Shown: piece by piece, positions 35,534-44,944 of the stretch
Layout: every line of letters begins with the position of its first letter
Position numbering within the stretch: position 1 is the stretch's first letter
Assembly (NCBI GenBank): GCA_963805945.1
Contig: CAWDVP010000006.1
Location: 96,001 to 160,000 of the forward strand
Source: Vulcanimicrobiota bacterium
GTDB lineage: Bacteria; Vulcanimicrobiota; Vulcanimicrobiia; Eremiobacterales; Eremiobacteraceae
DNA: 64,000 nt
Direction of reading: 5' to 3'
The notes under the pieces: generated by a model
The model's input: the letters and a program-made list of their open reading frames with translations, nothing else
What the model was told of the DNA's origin: nothing
The model's database searches: none
Program-made: the position numbers and the translations under genes

Positions 35534-36835
35534 CTAAATGACTTGGCGCGGCGCGGCCGCAGTCCCGTTGGTCGAAGACGCCTTCTTGATGCGGACGGAG
35601 CGCAACCTTCTGCCGGCGGTCTCCTCGACGACCAGGGTTGCGCCATCTCCGATAGGCACTTGGTCGCCTGGCAACGGGACACGGCCGAACTGACCGAACG
35701 CATAACCGCCTATGCTCTCGAAGTCCTCGGTGGGCAGGTGCAGCCCGAGCTCCTCGTTGACGTCCTCGATGCTCATGCGAGCGTCGACCACGACCTCGCC
35801 ATCGGACACGTGTTTGACCTCGGCCGGCTTGTCGTGCTCGTCGGCGTCGTATTCGTCCATGATCTCGCCGACGATCTCTTCGAGCAGGTCTTCCATGGTG
35901 ACCAGCCCCGCCGTCCCGCCGTACTCGTCGACGACCACCGCCACCGAGACCTTTTCGGCCTGCATCTCGCGGATGAGCTCGTCGACCTTCTTGTTCTCGG
36001 GGATCGCCTTGACCGGGCGCATCAGCGACCGCATCGACTTCGCGAGCTCCCCCCTGGTCATCGAGACGAGCAGTTCGCGGTCGTGGACGACGCCGATGAT
36101 ATGGTCGATGTTGCCCTCGTACACGGGCAGCTTCGAGTAGCCTTCTTTGATGACCAGCTCCACGCCGGTCGAGACCGGATCGTCGGCGTCGGCGCAGATG
36201 ATGTCGATGCGCGGCGTCATGACTTCGCTCACCGCGGTGTCGCCCAGCTCGAAGATCGAGTGGATCATCTCCTTCTCTTCTTCTTCGATGACGCCGTGGC
36301 GTTCGCCGGCGTTGACGAGTGCGCGGATGTCGTCCTCGGTGACGTACGGGCCGTGCGCGCGCGGATCGCCGCCGAAGAGGCGGATGACCATGGAGGTCAT
36401 GCCCACGAGCGCCCAGGTGATCGGCTGCAAGATCCGCGCCGTGAGGTGCAAGAACCACGCGAGCCGGGGCGCCCAGCGCAACGGATCCTGGACGACGACC
36501 ATCTTGGGCAGGATCTCCGCGAAGATCAGCACGGCGACGGCCATGACGAGCGTCGCGACCAGCACGGGGTTGAGCACCCCTTCTTCGATCGCGAGCCAGG
36601 TGGCGATGGATTCGGCGGCGAGCAGCACCAGCGTGTTGCCCACCAGCATGGTGGTGAGATAACGGTTGCGATCGTCGAGCAGCTTGCCCAGCGATTTGCC
36701 GACGTCGTCATCCGTGCGCTGGAGCAGGCGCAATCGGCTCAACGCCAGCAACGCCGCCTCCGACGCGGCGAACATCGCGGCGAGCGCGACCAGGGCGGCG
36801 ATGCCGAGGAGCGTCCAAAGTTTAGGGTCTGCCAT
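35534..36835 (-). CDS. Hemolysin-family CNNM/CBS/CorC-HlyC transporter
   Basis: FAASEAA, EILPK, VDEYGGTAG. Confidence 0.92.
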   Translation of the reverse strand: MADPKLWTLLGIAALVALAAMFAASEAALLALSRLRLLQRTDDDVGKSLGKLLDDRNRYLTTMLVGNTLVLLAAESIATWLAIEEGVLNPVLVATLVMAVAVLIFAEILPKMVVVQDPLRWAPRLAWFLHLTARILQPITWALVGMTSMVIRLFGGDPRAHGPYVTEDDIRALVNAGERHGVIEEEEKEMIHSIFELGDTAVSEVMTPRIDIICADADDPVSTGVELVIKEGYSKLPVYEGNIDHIIGVVHDRELLVSMTRGELAKSMRSLMRPVKAIPENKKVDELIREMQAEKVSVAVVVDEYGGTAGLVTMEDLLEEIVGEIMDEYDADEHDKPAEVKHVSDGEVVVDARMSIEDVNEELGLHLPTEDFESIGGYAFGQFGRVPLPGDQVPIGDGATLVVEETAGRRLRSVRIKKASSTNGTAAAPRQVI

Positions 36836-36891
36836 GAACTCCTCGTACGTTCGCCACAGCGGCCCTCTTCTCCACCCGCGTCACGACGGCG

Positions 36892-37251
36892 CTAGCGCTC
36901 CGCAAGCGCGCCGCCATACAGCCACACGCCCACCAGCAGGGCCGCGATGCTGGCCGCCAAGACGGCCCCTGCCCCCGCATGTTTCGCGGCTTGGGCGAGT
37001 TTGCTCGGATCGGGTGCCGCCGCGTCCAGCGCGCGTTCGAGCGCGGTGTTCATGAGCTCTGCCGTCAGCACGATGCCGACGGTGAGCGCCAAGACAGCCC
37101 AGCGCATCGTGTTGAAGTTCAACAGCGCGCCGAGGAGCACCGCGACGACCCCCACGCCGACCTGGATGCGGAAGTTGCGCTGCTCGCGGAAGGTCTGCGC
37201 GATGCCGTCCGCGGCATCGTCGAGCGCGCGCATGAACGAGCGCTTAACCAT
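36892..37251 (-). CDS. dgkA: Diacylglycerol/undecaprenol kinase
   Basis: EQRNFRIQ, ELMNTALE, AKHAGAGAV. Confidence 0.9.
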   Translation of the reverse strand: MVKRSFMRALDDAADGIAQTFREQRNFRIQVGVGVVAVLLGALLNFNTMRWAVLALTVGIVLTAELMNTALERALDAAAPDPSKLAQAAKHAGAGAVLAASIAALLVGVWLYGGALAER

Positions 37252-37696
37252 CGCGGTCCAAGGCGCGCAAAAGCCGCCTCGCAAGTCCGTGCATGCGCGC
37301 CGCCGCGCGCCGCTCGTGGTGATCGTAGCCGCACAGATGCAGTGCGCCATGCACGATGAGCCGCTCGATCTCTTGCGGGGTGGTGGCGCCGTACTCGCGG
37401 GCCTGTCTGCGCGCGCTGTCCACCGACACGACGATGTCGCCGAACGGTTCGCCGCTGCGCAGCCCGTCCGAGAGCTCGAACGACAGCACGTCGGTGGCAC
37501 GATCGCGGCCGCGATACTCGCGGTTGAGCCGCCGGATCGTCTGGTCGCTGCTCAGCACGAGGGTCACGTCGCCTCGTACGCGCGGCGCCGCGCGCGCAAG
37601 CGTGTGCAGCACCGCGCGCCGGAAGCGCGCGACCGCCTTGGGCGCCTTGCTCGAGCGCCGCACGAAGACGCGCGGGCCTGCATCATCGGTCTTCAT
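37244..37696 (-). CDS. ybeY: rRNA maturation RNase YbeY
   Basis: TDVLSF, HGALHLCGYDH. Confidence 0.95.
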   Translation of the reverse strand: MKTDDAGPRVFVRRSSKAPKAVARFRRAVLHTLARAAPRVRGDVTLVLSSDQTIRRLNREYRGRDRATDVLSFELSDGLRSGEPFGDIVVSVDSARRQAREYGATTPQEIERLIVHGALHLCGYDHHERRAAARMHGLARRLLRALDRDG

Positions 37697-38630
37697 ATGC
37701 TTCGATGATCCGGCGGATGAGCGGGTGGCGCACGATATCGGCTCCGGTCAAACGCACGACGGCCGTGTCGTCGACGGACTCGAACCGGCGCGCAGCGCCG
37801 ACAAGACCCGATTCGACCACCACCGGCAGATCGATCTGCGTGACGTCGCCGCACACCAGCATGCGCGAACCCGAACCGATGCGCGTCAGGAACATCTTCA
37901 TCTGTTCGTTGGTCGTGTTCTGCGCCTCGTCGAGGACGATGAAGGAATCGGCGAGGGTGCGGCCGCGCATGTAGGCGAGCGGCGCCACCTCGATCTGGCC
38001 GCGCTCCACCGAGCGCGTGATGGCCTGCGGTTCGAGCAGTTCGCCGAGCGCGTCGAACAACGGGCGTAAGTACGGGTCGACCTTCTCTTGCAGGTCGCCC
38101 GGTAAGAAGCCGAGCTTCTCTCCGGCCTCGACCGCCGGCCGCGACAGGATGATGCGGGAGACGCGTCCGGCGCGCAATGCGGCGAGCGCGAGCACGACGG
38201 CCAGAAATGTCTTACCCGTGCCGGCCGGCCCGATGGCGAACACGAGCGTGTGCTTGCCGACCGCCTCCACGAGCTCACGCTGGCCAGGCGTACGCGGCCG
38301 GACGGTGCGGCCCTTGCGGGTGGTCGCCAGCGATCCCTCAAGGCCCTCCGGCTCGAGACCGTCGCGCGCAGCGCGCAGCGCCAGTTCGACGTCGAGCGCG
38401 TTGACGTCGGCGCCCCCGCGCGCAGCCTTGAGCAGCGCCTCGAGCGCCGCGGCCGCGATCGCGACCCGGCGCGGTTCGCCGGTCACGATGATCTCTTCGC
38501 CTTGCACGTGCAAGGCGACGCCTGCGCCGCGTTCGAGATGCGTGAGGTTGCCGTCGAGCTCGCCGAAAAGGCGTACGCGGTCATCAAGACCGCGCATGCT
38601 CATACGTGATTCAGATTCTGCTTGTGCCAA
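37683..38630 (-). CDS. phoH: PhoH family protein (YbeZ-like)
   Basis: GPAGTGKT, LGFLPG, MRGRTL, DEAQN. Confidence 0.93.
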   Translation of the reverse strand: MAQAESESRMSMRGLDDRVRLFGELDGNLTHLERGAGVALHVQGEEIIVTGEPRRVAIAAAALEALLKAARGGADVNALDVELALRAARDGLEPEGLEGSLATTRKGRTVRPRTPGQRELVEAVGKHTLVFAIGPAGTGKTFLAVVLALAALRAGRVSRIILSRPAVEAGEKLGFLPGDLQEKVDPYLRPLFDALGELLEPQAITRSVERGQIEVAPLAYMRGRTLADSFIVLDEAQNTTNEQMKMFLTRIGSGSRMLVCGDVTQIDLPVVVESGLVGAARRFESVDDTAVVRLTGADIVRHPLIRRIIEAYEDR

Positions 38631-38651
38631 TGCTGCCGCGCTGCGCCCGCG

Positions 38652-39212
38652 CTACCAGCCGCCGGGCTCTTGCGGCGCGCTGCGCAGCGCCACGCACGGT
38701 CCGACGATGGCGGCGTTGATGACGGCCTGCGCGAGATCAAATGGAGCGGTCGAATTCATTCGACCGCCCGCGCGGTCGACTGAAGTCGAACGCTCCACAT
38801 CCATCGTGATCGGAACGCTGGCACTCGAAGCGCTAGGCGCCGCTAGCGCGCGCAGATCGCTCATCACCTGGCCGTGGCCCATCGCCGGCGCAGTCGAAGC
38901 GCCGGTGGAGAGCGCGCGCAGCTTCTGCTGCAGTTCGGCGGCGGCCGTGCTCGCCTGGGCCTTCGCCGCGATCGCCTGGATGACGTGCTCGAGCCGCTGC
39001 GCGCGCGTCGAAGAATCCGGCGCTTGGCTCGTATCGTCCGAGATCGTAGCGGTCGTGGTCGCTGGAGCCGCTATCGTCCGCGCCGGCGCATTCGCCTGCG
39101 CCGTGCGTATCGCGCGCCGGATCGACGTGAAGATGCCGCTGACGAGCCAAAAGGCGATGAAGACCAGCGTGATCCAGCCGCCGAGGTCGGCGGCGAGCAC
39201 GTTGCCGGACAT
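38652..39212 (-). CDS. Hypothetical membrane-anchored protein (YqfB position) containing an inverted REP doublet
   Basis: N-terminal TM; C-terminal LAQAVINAAIVGPCVALR; follows floA. Confidence 0.7.
   Translation of the reverse strand: MSGNVLAADLGGWITLVFIAFWLVSGIFTSIRRAIRTAQANAPARTIAAPATTTATISDDTSQAPDSSTRAQRLEHVIQAIAAKAQASTAAAELQQKLRALSTGASTAPAMGHGQVMSDLRALAAPSASSASVPITMDVERSTSVDRAGGRMNSTAPFDLAQAVINAAIVGPCVALRSAPQEPGGW
38741..38800. repeat. Inverted doublet of family A palindromes, in frame within CDS
   Basis: ATGGAGCGGTCGAATTCATTCGACCGCC then GCGGTCGACTGAAGTCGAACGCTCCACAT. Confidence 0.85.
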
Positions 39213-39235
39213 CACGCCGAGCGGCGCGCCCACGT

Positions 39236-40273
39236 CTATGAGGTCGGCGCGGGCGGCGTGCCGGGCGGCGGCGTGATGCCGCCGCTGCCGCCGGTCTGCG
39301 GCGTGCTGCCGCCGGCGATCGACTGACGCATCTCGCTGTCGGCGAGCACGTTGCGCATCCGGTAGTAATCCATGACTCCGAGGTTGCCGCTGCGGAACGC
39401 ATCGGCGATGGCGGCCGGCACGAGCGCCTCCGCCTCGACGACCTTGGCGCGCATCGCTTGGGTCTGCGCCTTCATCTCCTGCTCTTGCGCCTGCGCGGCG
39501 TATTGGCGCTCGGCCGCCTTTGCCTGCGCGACGCGGCGATCGGCTTCGGCCTGCGCTGTCTGTAGATCCGCGCCCACGTTCCGGCCGACGTCCACGTCGG
39601 CGATATCGATCGACACGATCTCGAACGCCGTGCCCGCGTCGAGCCCCTTGGCGAGCACCGTCTTGCTGATGTGATCGGGGTTCTCGAGGACCTCTTTGTA
39701 GTTCTCGCTGCCGCCGATCGCCGCCACGACGCCTTCGCCGACGCGGGCGATGATCGTCGGCTCGCCGGCGCCGCCGACGTAGCGATCCATGTTGGTGCGC
39801 ACGGTGATGCGCGCCTTGACGTTGAGCTGGATGCCGTCTTTGGCGACGCCTTGGAAGATCGGCGTCTCGATGACCTTGGGATTGACCGACGTCTGCACCG
39901 CTTCGAGCGGATTGCGGCCGGCGAGATCGATCGCGCACGCGCGCTGCCATTCGAGCGGGATCTGCGCGCGCTGCGCGGCGATGAGGGCGAGCACCACGCG
40001 GTCGAGGTGGCCGCCCGACAGATACTGCGCCTGCAGTTGGGAGTCGTTGACGTCGATACCGGCTTTGCGCGCCATGATGAGCGAATCGACGATCACCGAC
40101 GGCGGTATACCGATGATGCGCATCCGCACCAGGCTGAGGATGCCGATGCGCACCCCTGCGGCCTGCGCGCGGATCCATAAACCGAACGGGAAGTAATATA
40201 GGAAGACGAAGAACCCGACGATCAGGACGAGGAGGATGATCACCAGCCCGATGACGCTCAGATTACCCAGCAT
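39236..40273 (-). CDS. floA: Flotillin-like protein FloA (YqfA)
   Basis: [36 protein letters not shown]. Confidence 0.95.
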   Translation of the reverse strand: MLGNLSVIGLVIILLVLIVGFFVFLYYFPFGLWIRAQAAGVRIGILSLVRMRIIGIPPSVIVDSLIMARKAGIDVNDSQLQAQYLSGGHLDRVVLALIAAQRAQIPLEWQRACAIDLAGRNPLEAVQTSVNPKVIETPIFQGVAKDGIQLNVKARITVRTNMDRYVGGAGEPTIIARVGEGVVAAIGGSENYKEVLENPDHISKTVLAKGLDAGTAFEIVSIDIADVDVGRNVGADLQTAQAEADRRVAQAKAAERQYAAQAQEQEMKAQTQAMRAKVVEAEALVPAAIADAFRSGNLGVMDYYRMRNVLADSEMRQSIAGGSTPQTGGSGGITPPPGTPPAPTS

Positions 40274-40288
40274 TGAAAGCTCGCTCCC

Positions 40289-41653
40289 TTACGCGGCCCG
40301 TGTGACGAAGATAGTGGCGCCTTCGACTTTAGCGACGACGACCCGCGTCTGCGCGGGCATGAAGTCGCCGCTCGACTGCACTTGATAGCGCGCGCCGTCG
40401 ATGGTGGCGACGCCCGCCGGACGCAGATACGTCTCGGCGACGCCCTGTTTGCCGACCAGATGCGCGAGCGACTTCGAGGTGACGTAGCCGGCCTCGATGG
40501 ATTGCGCGCCTGCGAATGCGATGCGGCGCATGAACGCGCTTTCGGGCAGCCAGCGCAATATGAAGAAGAACGCGACGAGCGCGAGGATGAGCGACAGCGC
40601 GGTGTTCACGATGCCCACGACCCAGAACGCGGCGCCGAAGGCCATGACGATGCTCGTGAGGATGAGCAGCGCCCCGACCAGCCCCGCGATGCCATGGCCC
40701 GGCAGCACGTGCAATTCGAAGAGCAGCGCCACCACCCCGAGCGCGAACAGCGCGACGATGACCCAATTCGACGCCCCGGCGATGATGTGGCCGCCGAAGA
40801 ACAGCGCCAGGGCCAGGATGCCGATGACGCCGGCGACGAGATGCAGCGTCTGCATCTCGAGGAAGAGGCCTAGGAAGCCGATCGTGAGCAGGATGCCCGA
40901 GACGATCGGGTCGGTGACGAATTGCGCGATCCGTTCGCCCAGCGTCGGCTCGCTCACCACGATGCGCGCCCCAGTGATGCCCGCGAGTTCGAGCGCGGCG
41001 CCGCTCGAGTTGGCCATGCCGTCCACGAACTTCATGTCGGTCGCCTGCTTGGCGGACAGCGTCAGCAGCTTGCCCTTGGCCTTGAGCCCCGGGACGTCCA
41101 GGGACGGATCGACCATCGCGCTCGCGACCTTCGGATCGCGATGATGCGCTTCGGCGAGCGACTCGAACTCGGCTTTGAGCGCTGAGATGGCCTTCTCTCC
41201 GGCGGGCTGCGTCGTGCCGCCGGTGCCGAGCAACACCGGCTCGGCTGCGCCCATGCTCGATCCGGGCGCCATGTAGATCTTATCGCACGACAGCGCGATG
41301 AGCGCACCTGCCGACCACGCGCGATCCGAGACGAAGGCGATGGTCTGCAGGCCGGACGTGCGCAGCGCGTCCTTGATGTCGTTGGCGTCGTCGACCAGCC
41401 CGCCGTTGGTCTTGATGTCGAGCACCAGCGTCTTGGCGCCGTTGGCGTGCGCTTCGTCGATGGCCCGGCTGATGCGATGCGCCATGCCGGCGTTGATGAT
41501 GCCGTCTACATTGACGACCTGCACGACGGCTTGCGCGCCGGTACCGGCGGCGGCGGACGGTCGACTGAAGTCGACCGCTACATATCCGAGCGTGCCGACC
41601 ACGACCGCGGAGCAGAACGCGGCGAGCCGGGCGAGTCTTAGGAATCTTTTCAT
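40289..41653 (-). CDS. NfeD family membrane-bound serine protease
   Basis: TNGGL, AWSAGALI, LRPAG OB domain; upstream of floA. Confidence 0.92.
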   Translation of the reverse strand: MKRFLRLARLAAFCSAVVVGTLGYVAVDFSRPSAAAGTGAQAVVQVVNVDGIINAGMAHRISRAIDEAHANGAKTLVLDIKTNGGLVDDANDIKDALRTSGLQTIAFVSDRAWSAGALIALSCDKIYMAPGSSMGAAEPVLLGTGGTTQPAGEKAISALKAEFESLAEAHHRDPKVASAMVDPSLDVPGLKAKGKLLTLSAKQATDMKFVDGMANSSGAALELAGITGARIVVSEPTLGERIAQFVTDPIVSGILLTIGFLGLFLEMQTLHLVAGVIGILALALFFGGHIIAGASNWVIVALFALGVVALLFELHVLPGHGIAGLVGALLILTSIVMAFGAAFWVVGIVNTALSLILALVAFFFILRWLPESAFMRRIAFAGAQSIEAGYVTSKSLAHLVGKQGVAETYLRPAGVATIDGARYQVQSSGDFMPAQTRVVVAKVEGATIFVTRAA

Positions 41654-42105
41654 GATCGTGCCGCCATCGCGGCTTTCACCGCCTCCTGAATCGCGTTGCC
41701 GTTGGCGCGCTTGGCGAGCGGAGCCATCGCCGCTTTCATCGCGTCACCGAACTTGGCGTCTGCCGGCAGGCCCTTGACGATCGCGTCGATCTCCGCGCGC
41801 AGCTGCGCGGGGTCCATGTCGGCGGGCAGATATTCTTTGAGGATCTCGCGCTCGCGCGACTCTTTGTCGGCGAGGTCTTGGCGCTTGCCCTTGACGTACT
41901 CGGCGATCGAGTCTTCGCGCTGTTTGACCTGCTTGCGCACGACGTCTTGCTGCTCGTCGTTGCTCAGCGGCAGGTTAAGGTCGATGCGACGATAGTTCAT
42001 GGCCGAGACGAGCATGCGTAGGGTCGCCGTCCGCTCCGTATCGCGGGCTTTCATCGCGGTCTTGAGGTCATCGCCCAGGCGGTCGATGATGCTCTTGTTT
42101 TCCAT
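41650..42105 (-). CDS. GatB/YqeY domain protein
   Basis: LKTAMKARD, KQVKQREDS, YLP. Confidence 0.92.
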   Translation of the reverse strand: MENKSIIDRLGDDLKTAMKARDTERTATLRMLVSAMNYRRIDLNLPLSNDEQQDVVRKQVKQREDSIAEYVKGKRQDLADKESREREILKEYLPADMDPAQLRAEIDAIVKGLPADAKFGDAMKAAMAPLAKRANGNAIQEAVKAAMAARS

Positions 42106-42159
42106 TATGCGGACACAATATTAGGGGCGACCCTCGGTCGCCCCCTTTGTGCTTCGGAC

Positions 42160-42330
42160 TTACGTTCGCCGTTTGCGCGCGGCGGCCGATTTCTTCTTGC
42201 GGCGCACGCTCGGCTTCTCGTAGTGCTCGTGCCGGCGCGCTTCCGCGAGCACGCCTGATTTCTGGCACATCTTCTTGAAACGCTTGAGGGCGCTGTCGAT
42301 CGATTCGTTGGGACCGACTCTCGTTTCCAT
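42160..42330 (-). CDS. rpsU: 30S ribosomal protein S21
   Basis: Manual translation [20 protein letters not shown]...[11 protein letters not shown] (56 aa, absent from the ORF track). Confidence 0.96.
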   Translation of the reverse strand: METRVGPNESIDSALKRFKKMCQKSGVLAEARRHEHYEKPSVRRKKKSAAARKRRT

Positions 42331-42477
42331 ATTGGGACACCCCCTTTGCGAATTTGCTCACGGCCACGTCGGCCGCTCGATTCCGGCCTCAGACACAGAA
42401 TGCGGGCCCTCGCCCGCACACTTCCCGTGGTTGTCAGCGTATTTCGACGCAGGCCGAAATCCGCCCTTGCAGGGGTC

Positions 42478-42554
42478 TGTAGGGGGTCGATCTTTAGATC
42501 GACCCTGTCCCGCCCGGCCCGTTGGGGGGGCCGACCTAAAGGTCGGCCCCTACA
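42478..42554. repeat. Inverted doublet of family B REP-like palindromes
   Basis: TGTAGGGGGTCGATCTTTAGATCGACCC ... GGGCCGACCTAAAGGTCGGCCCCTACA. Confidence 0.85.
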
Positions 42555-42569
42555 ACAGCCGTCCCGAAA

Positions 42570-43010
42570 CTAGCCCGCCACAGCCTTGTGGAAGGCGTCC
42601 AGGTCCTCCAGGGTGTTCAGGGTGACCGCGTCCTTGACGTCTTCACGCTTGAGGCCGGTCTCCTTGCGGATCGCGGCGATGGTCTCCGCGCCGTGATGGT
42701 AGCCGCGCACGGCTTCGTTGTGCTTGCGGATCGTCTCCGGGTCGGTCTTGCCGTTTTTGACGACCCACTCTTCGAACTCGACGTAGGTCGGCTTGCTGGC
42801 CTTGATGTAGGCGATCGTCTTATCGCGATCCAGGCCGAGATCGGTCAGCGTGAGCTGATCGAAGCCGGTGCCGCACGCGTCGTACCCCTCGTGCAGTTTG
42901 CCCTGCGCGTCAAGGGTGAGCTTCGCCCACATCCGCGGGAGGTGGATCGCTCCGAGCGGTCCTGCCGTGCCGGAGCTCACCAGCGGGATATGGTGTCCGT
43001 TGCTTGCCAT
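42570..43010 (-). CDS. DUF5069-like protein
   Basis: GPLGAIHLPRMWAK...GFDQ...LD. Confidence 0.7.
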   Translation of the reverse strand: MASNGHHIPLVSSGTAGPLGAIHLPRMWAKLTLDAQGKLHEGYDACGTGFDQLTLTDLGLDRDKTIAYIKASKPTYVEFEEWVVKNGKTDPETIRKHNEAVRGYHHGAETIAAIRKETGLKREDVKDAVTLNTLEDLDAFHKAVAG

Positions 43011-43024
43011 GACTTGTCTCTCTT

Positions 43025-43933
43025 TCATCGAGCGTCGCGCGCGTGGCGCGACAGAAACGTGAGTTCGGCGACGCCCGACTTGTCGAGTTCGCCGAGTCCG
43101 AGCTTGATCATCGTGTCGAACTGCTGTTTTGTCGCTTGCGCCAGCGGCAGCCGCAGGCCGGCCTGCTCCGCGAGCGCGAGCGCGATGCCGGAATCCTTCG
43201 CCGCATGCGCGGCCGAGAAATAGCAGTCGTGCTCTCGGCTCTGCATATCGGCGCCGTCGGTCTCGAGGACTCGCGAGTTGGCTCCGGTCTGGGCGAACAC
43301 CTCGCGCAGCATATCGAGATCGATGCCCAACGCGTCGCCCAGCCCGAGGCCCTCGGCCAAGCCCGCTGTGTTGATGTTCATGACCATGTTCACCAGCGCC
43401 TTGACCTGTGCTGCCGAGCCCGCCGGACCGATGTAGCGCAGCGATGAGCTCATCTTCTCCAGCATGGGCTTGGCGCGCTCGAAGGCCTCGCGCGTGCCGC
43501 CGCACATGAGATAGAGCGTCCCCGCGCGCGCCTGCGGTATCGAACTCGCCATGCATGCTTCAAGCGACGCCGCACCTGCGCCGCCCGCGAGCCGTTCGAC
43601 GTCGACGTGCACTTGGGGCGACACGGTCGCGCAGTTGACGAAGAGCTTGCCGCGCGCGCCCGCGAGCAGGCTGTCGTCGCCGCTTGCGAAGATCTCGCGC
43701 ATGCCGCGGTCGTCGCTCACCACGGTGACGATGGTATCCGCGTGCTCCGTCACAGACGCGAGCGACGGCGCGGCGAGCGCGCCCAGTTCCCCGGCGACCT
43801 CGGCGCTCACCGCGGGCTGCGCGTCGAACACCGCCGTGACCTCATAGCCGGACTCCGCCAAACGCCGGGCGATGTTGGCGCCCATGCGACCTGCGCCGAC
43901 GATCCCGACCTTCGGTCTTGTATCTTCGCTCAT
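43025..43933 (-). CDS. NAD(P)-dependent oxidoreductase (3-hydroxyisobutyrate dehydrogenase family)
   Basis: GIVGAGRMG, KALVN, KD motif. Confidence 0.9.
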   Translation of the reverse strand: MSEDTRPKVGIVGAGRMGANIARRLAESGYEVTAVFDAQPAVSAEVAGELGALAAPSLASVTEHADTIVTVVSDDRGMREIFASGDDSLLAGARGKLFVNCATVSPQVHVDVERLAGGAGAASLEACMASSIPQARAGTLYLMCGGTREAFERAKPMLEKMSSSLRYIGPAGSAAQVKALVNMVMNINTAGLAEGLGLGDALGIDLDMLREVFAQTGANSRVLETDGADMQSREHDCYFSAAHAAKDSGIALALAEQAGLRLPLAQATKQQFDTMIKLGLGELDKSGVAELTFLSRHARDAR

Positions 43934-44520
43934 GCTTTGGCTCCGTTGTTCCGAGGATCGCGCAGCCACTCGAGGATCGCTGGGGCGTCTGCATCGGAGG
44001 GGAACACGGGATACGCGACATGCTCGATCACGCCGTCACGCACGACCATGCTCAGACGCTTGATGAGCGTCTCCCCGTTGAAATCGAACGTGGGCAGCCG
44101 GAGGGCGCGCGTGAGCGCCCGCTCATGGTCGCTCAGCACTTCGTACGGCAGCTGCAGCCGCTCCGCCATCTCGCGCTGATACTCTGGGGTCTGCGTCGAG
44201 AGCCCGTATACGGCGGCGCCGAGCGATTCGAACGCCGCGCTGCGATCGCGATACGCGCAATTCTGCGGCGTGCAACCGCGCGCGCCGGGGATGGCATCCC
44301 AGCCGTCCGGTATCGGCTGATCCGGCCTGCCCGTGCGCGGATAGCAATAGATGACGAGCAGCCGGCTTGGTTCGTGCGAAAGATCTACTTCACGGCCGCG
44401 TGTGGATGTCAGCGCGATCGAAGGCAAGCGCATGCCGTTGAGATGATCGGCCGCGCCGTCGTCTATGGGCACGGGCAGATCGGCGGGCACGGTGAGCAGG
44501 TCTTTTTCGCGGTCGCTCAT
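43930..44520 (-). CDS. Peroxiredoxin (BCP/AhpC-TSA family)
   Basis: YPRTG...PGARGCTPQ. Confidence 0.9.
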   Translation of the reverse strand: MSDREKDLLTVPADLPVPIDDGAADHLNGMRLPSIALTSTRGREVDLSHEPSRLLVIYCYPRTGRPDQPIPDGWDAIPGARGCTPQNCAYRDRSAAFESLGAAVYGLSTQTPEYQREMAERLQLPYEVLSDHERALTRALRLPTFDFNGETLIKRLSMVVRDGVIEHVAYPVFPSDADAPAILEWLRDPRNNGAKA

Positions 44521-44544
44521 GGCTTGCAGTCCTTCGCGCGTTGC

Positions 44545-44573
44545 GACGGTCGAATAGATTCGACCGCTCCATA
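44545..44573 (-). repeat. Family A palindrome, intergenic
   Basis: TATGGAGCGGTCGAATCTATTCGACCGTC. Confidence 0.85.
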
Positions 44574-44580
44574 CGTTACA

Positions 44581-44934
44581 TTAGCCCGGGGGCCAGGCGA
44601 AGTGGCGCCCGGAGATCACGTGCACGTGCAAGTGATATACGGTCTGCCCTGCCGCGGCACCGTTGTTGACCACCACGCGATAGCCGCCGTCCTGCTCGGC
44701 GCGCGCGGCGCCGAGATCTCCCGCAACCTTCATCAGGCGCCCGAGCAGCGCTTCGCCGCCATCCGCGTCCACCGTGTCGACCAGCGTCGCGTGGTGCTCG
44801 CGGGGCACGACGAGCAGATGCGTGGGCGCGATCGGCCGGATGTCGGCGAACGCGACGACCGCATCGTCGCTATAGACGAATTCCGTCGGGATCTTGCCGG
44901 CGATGATATCGCAGAAGACGCAGCCGTCGGCCAT
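44581..44934 (-). CDS. HIT family nucleotide-binding protein (HinT-like)
   Basis: CVFC, GQTVYHLHVH, WPPG. Confidence 0.93.
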   Translation of the reverse strand: MADGCVFCDIIAGKIPTEFVYSDDAVVAFADIRPIAPTHLLVVPREHHATLVDTVDADGGEALLGRLMKVAGDLGAARAEQDGGYRVVVNNGAAAGQTVYHLHVHVISGRHFAWPPG

Positions 44935-44944
44935 GTCTCAGCCG

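Noticed and set aside
42123..42146. Hairpins after rpsU (and after rpmE at ~55499-55518) as REP copies
   Set aside because: Sequences differ from families A-C; best explained as ordinary terminator or stability hairpins.
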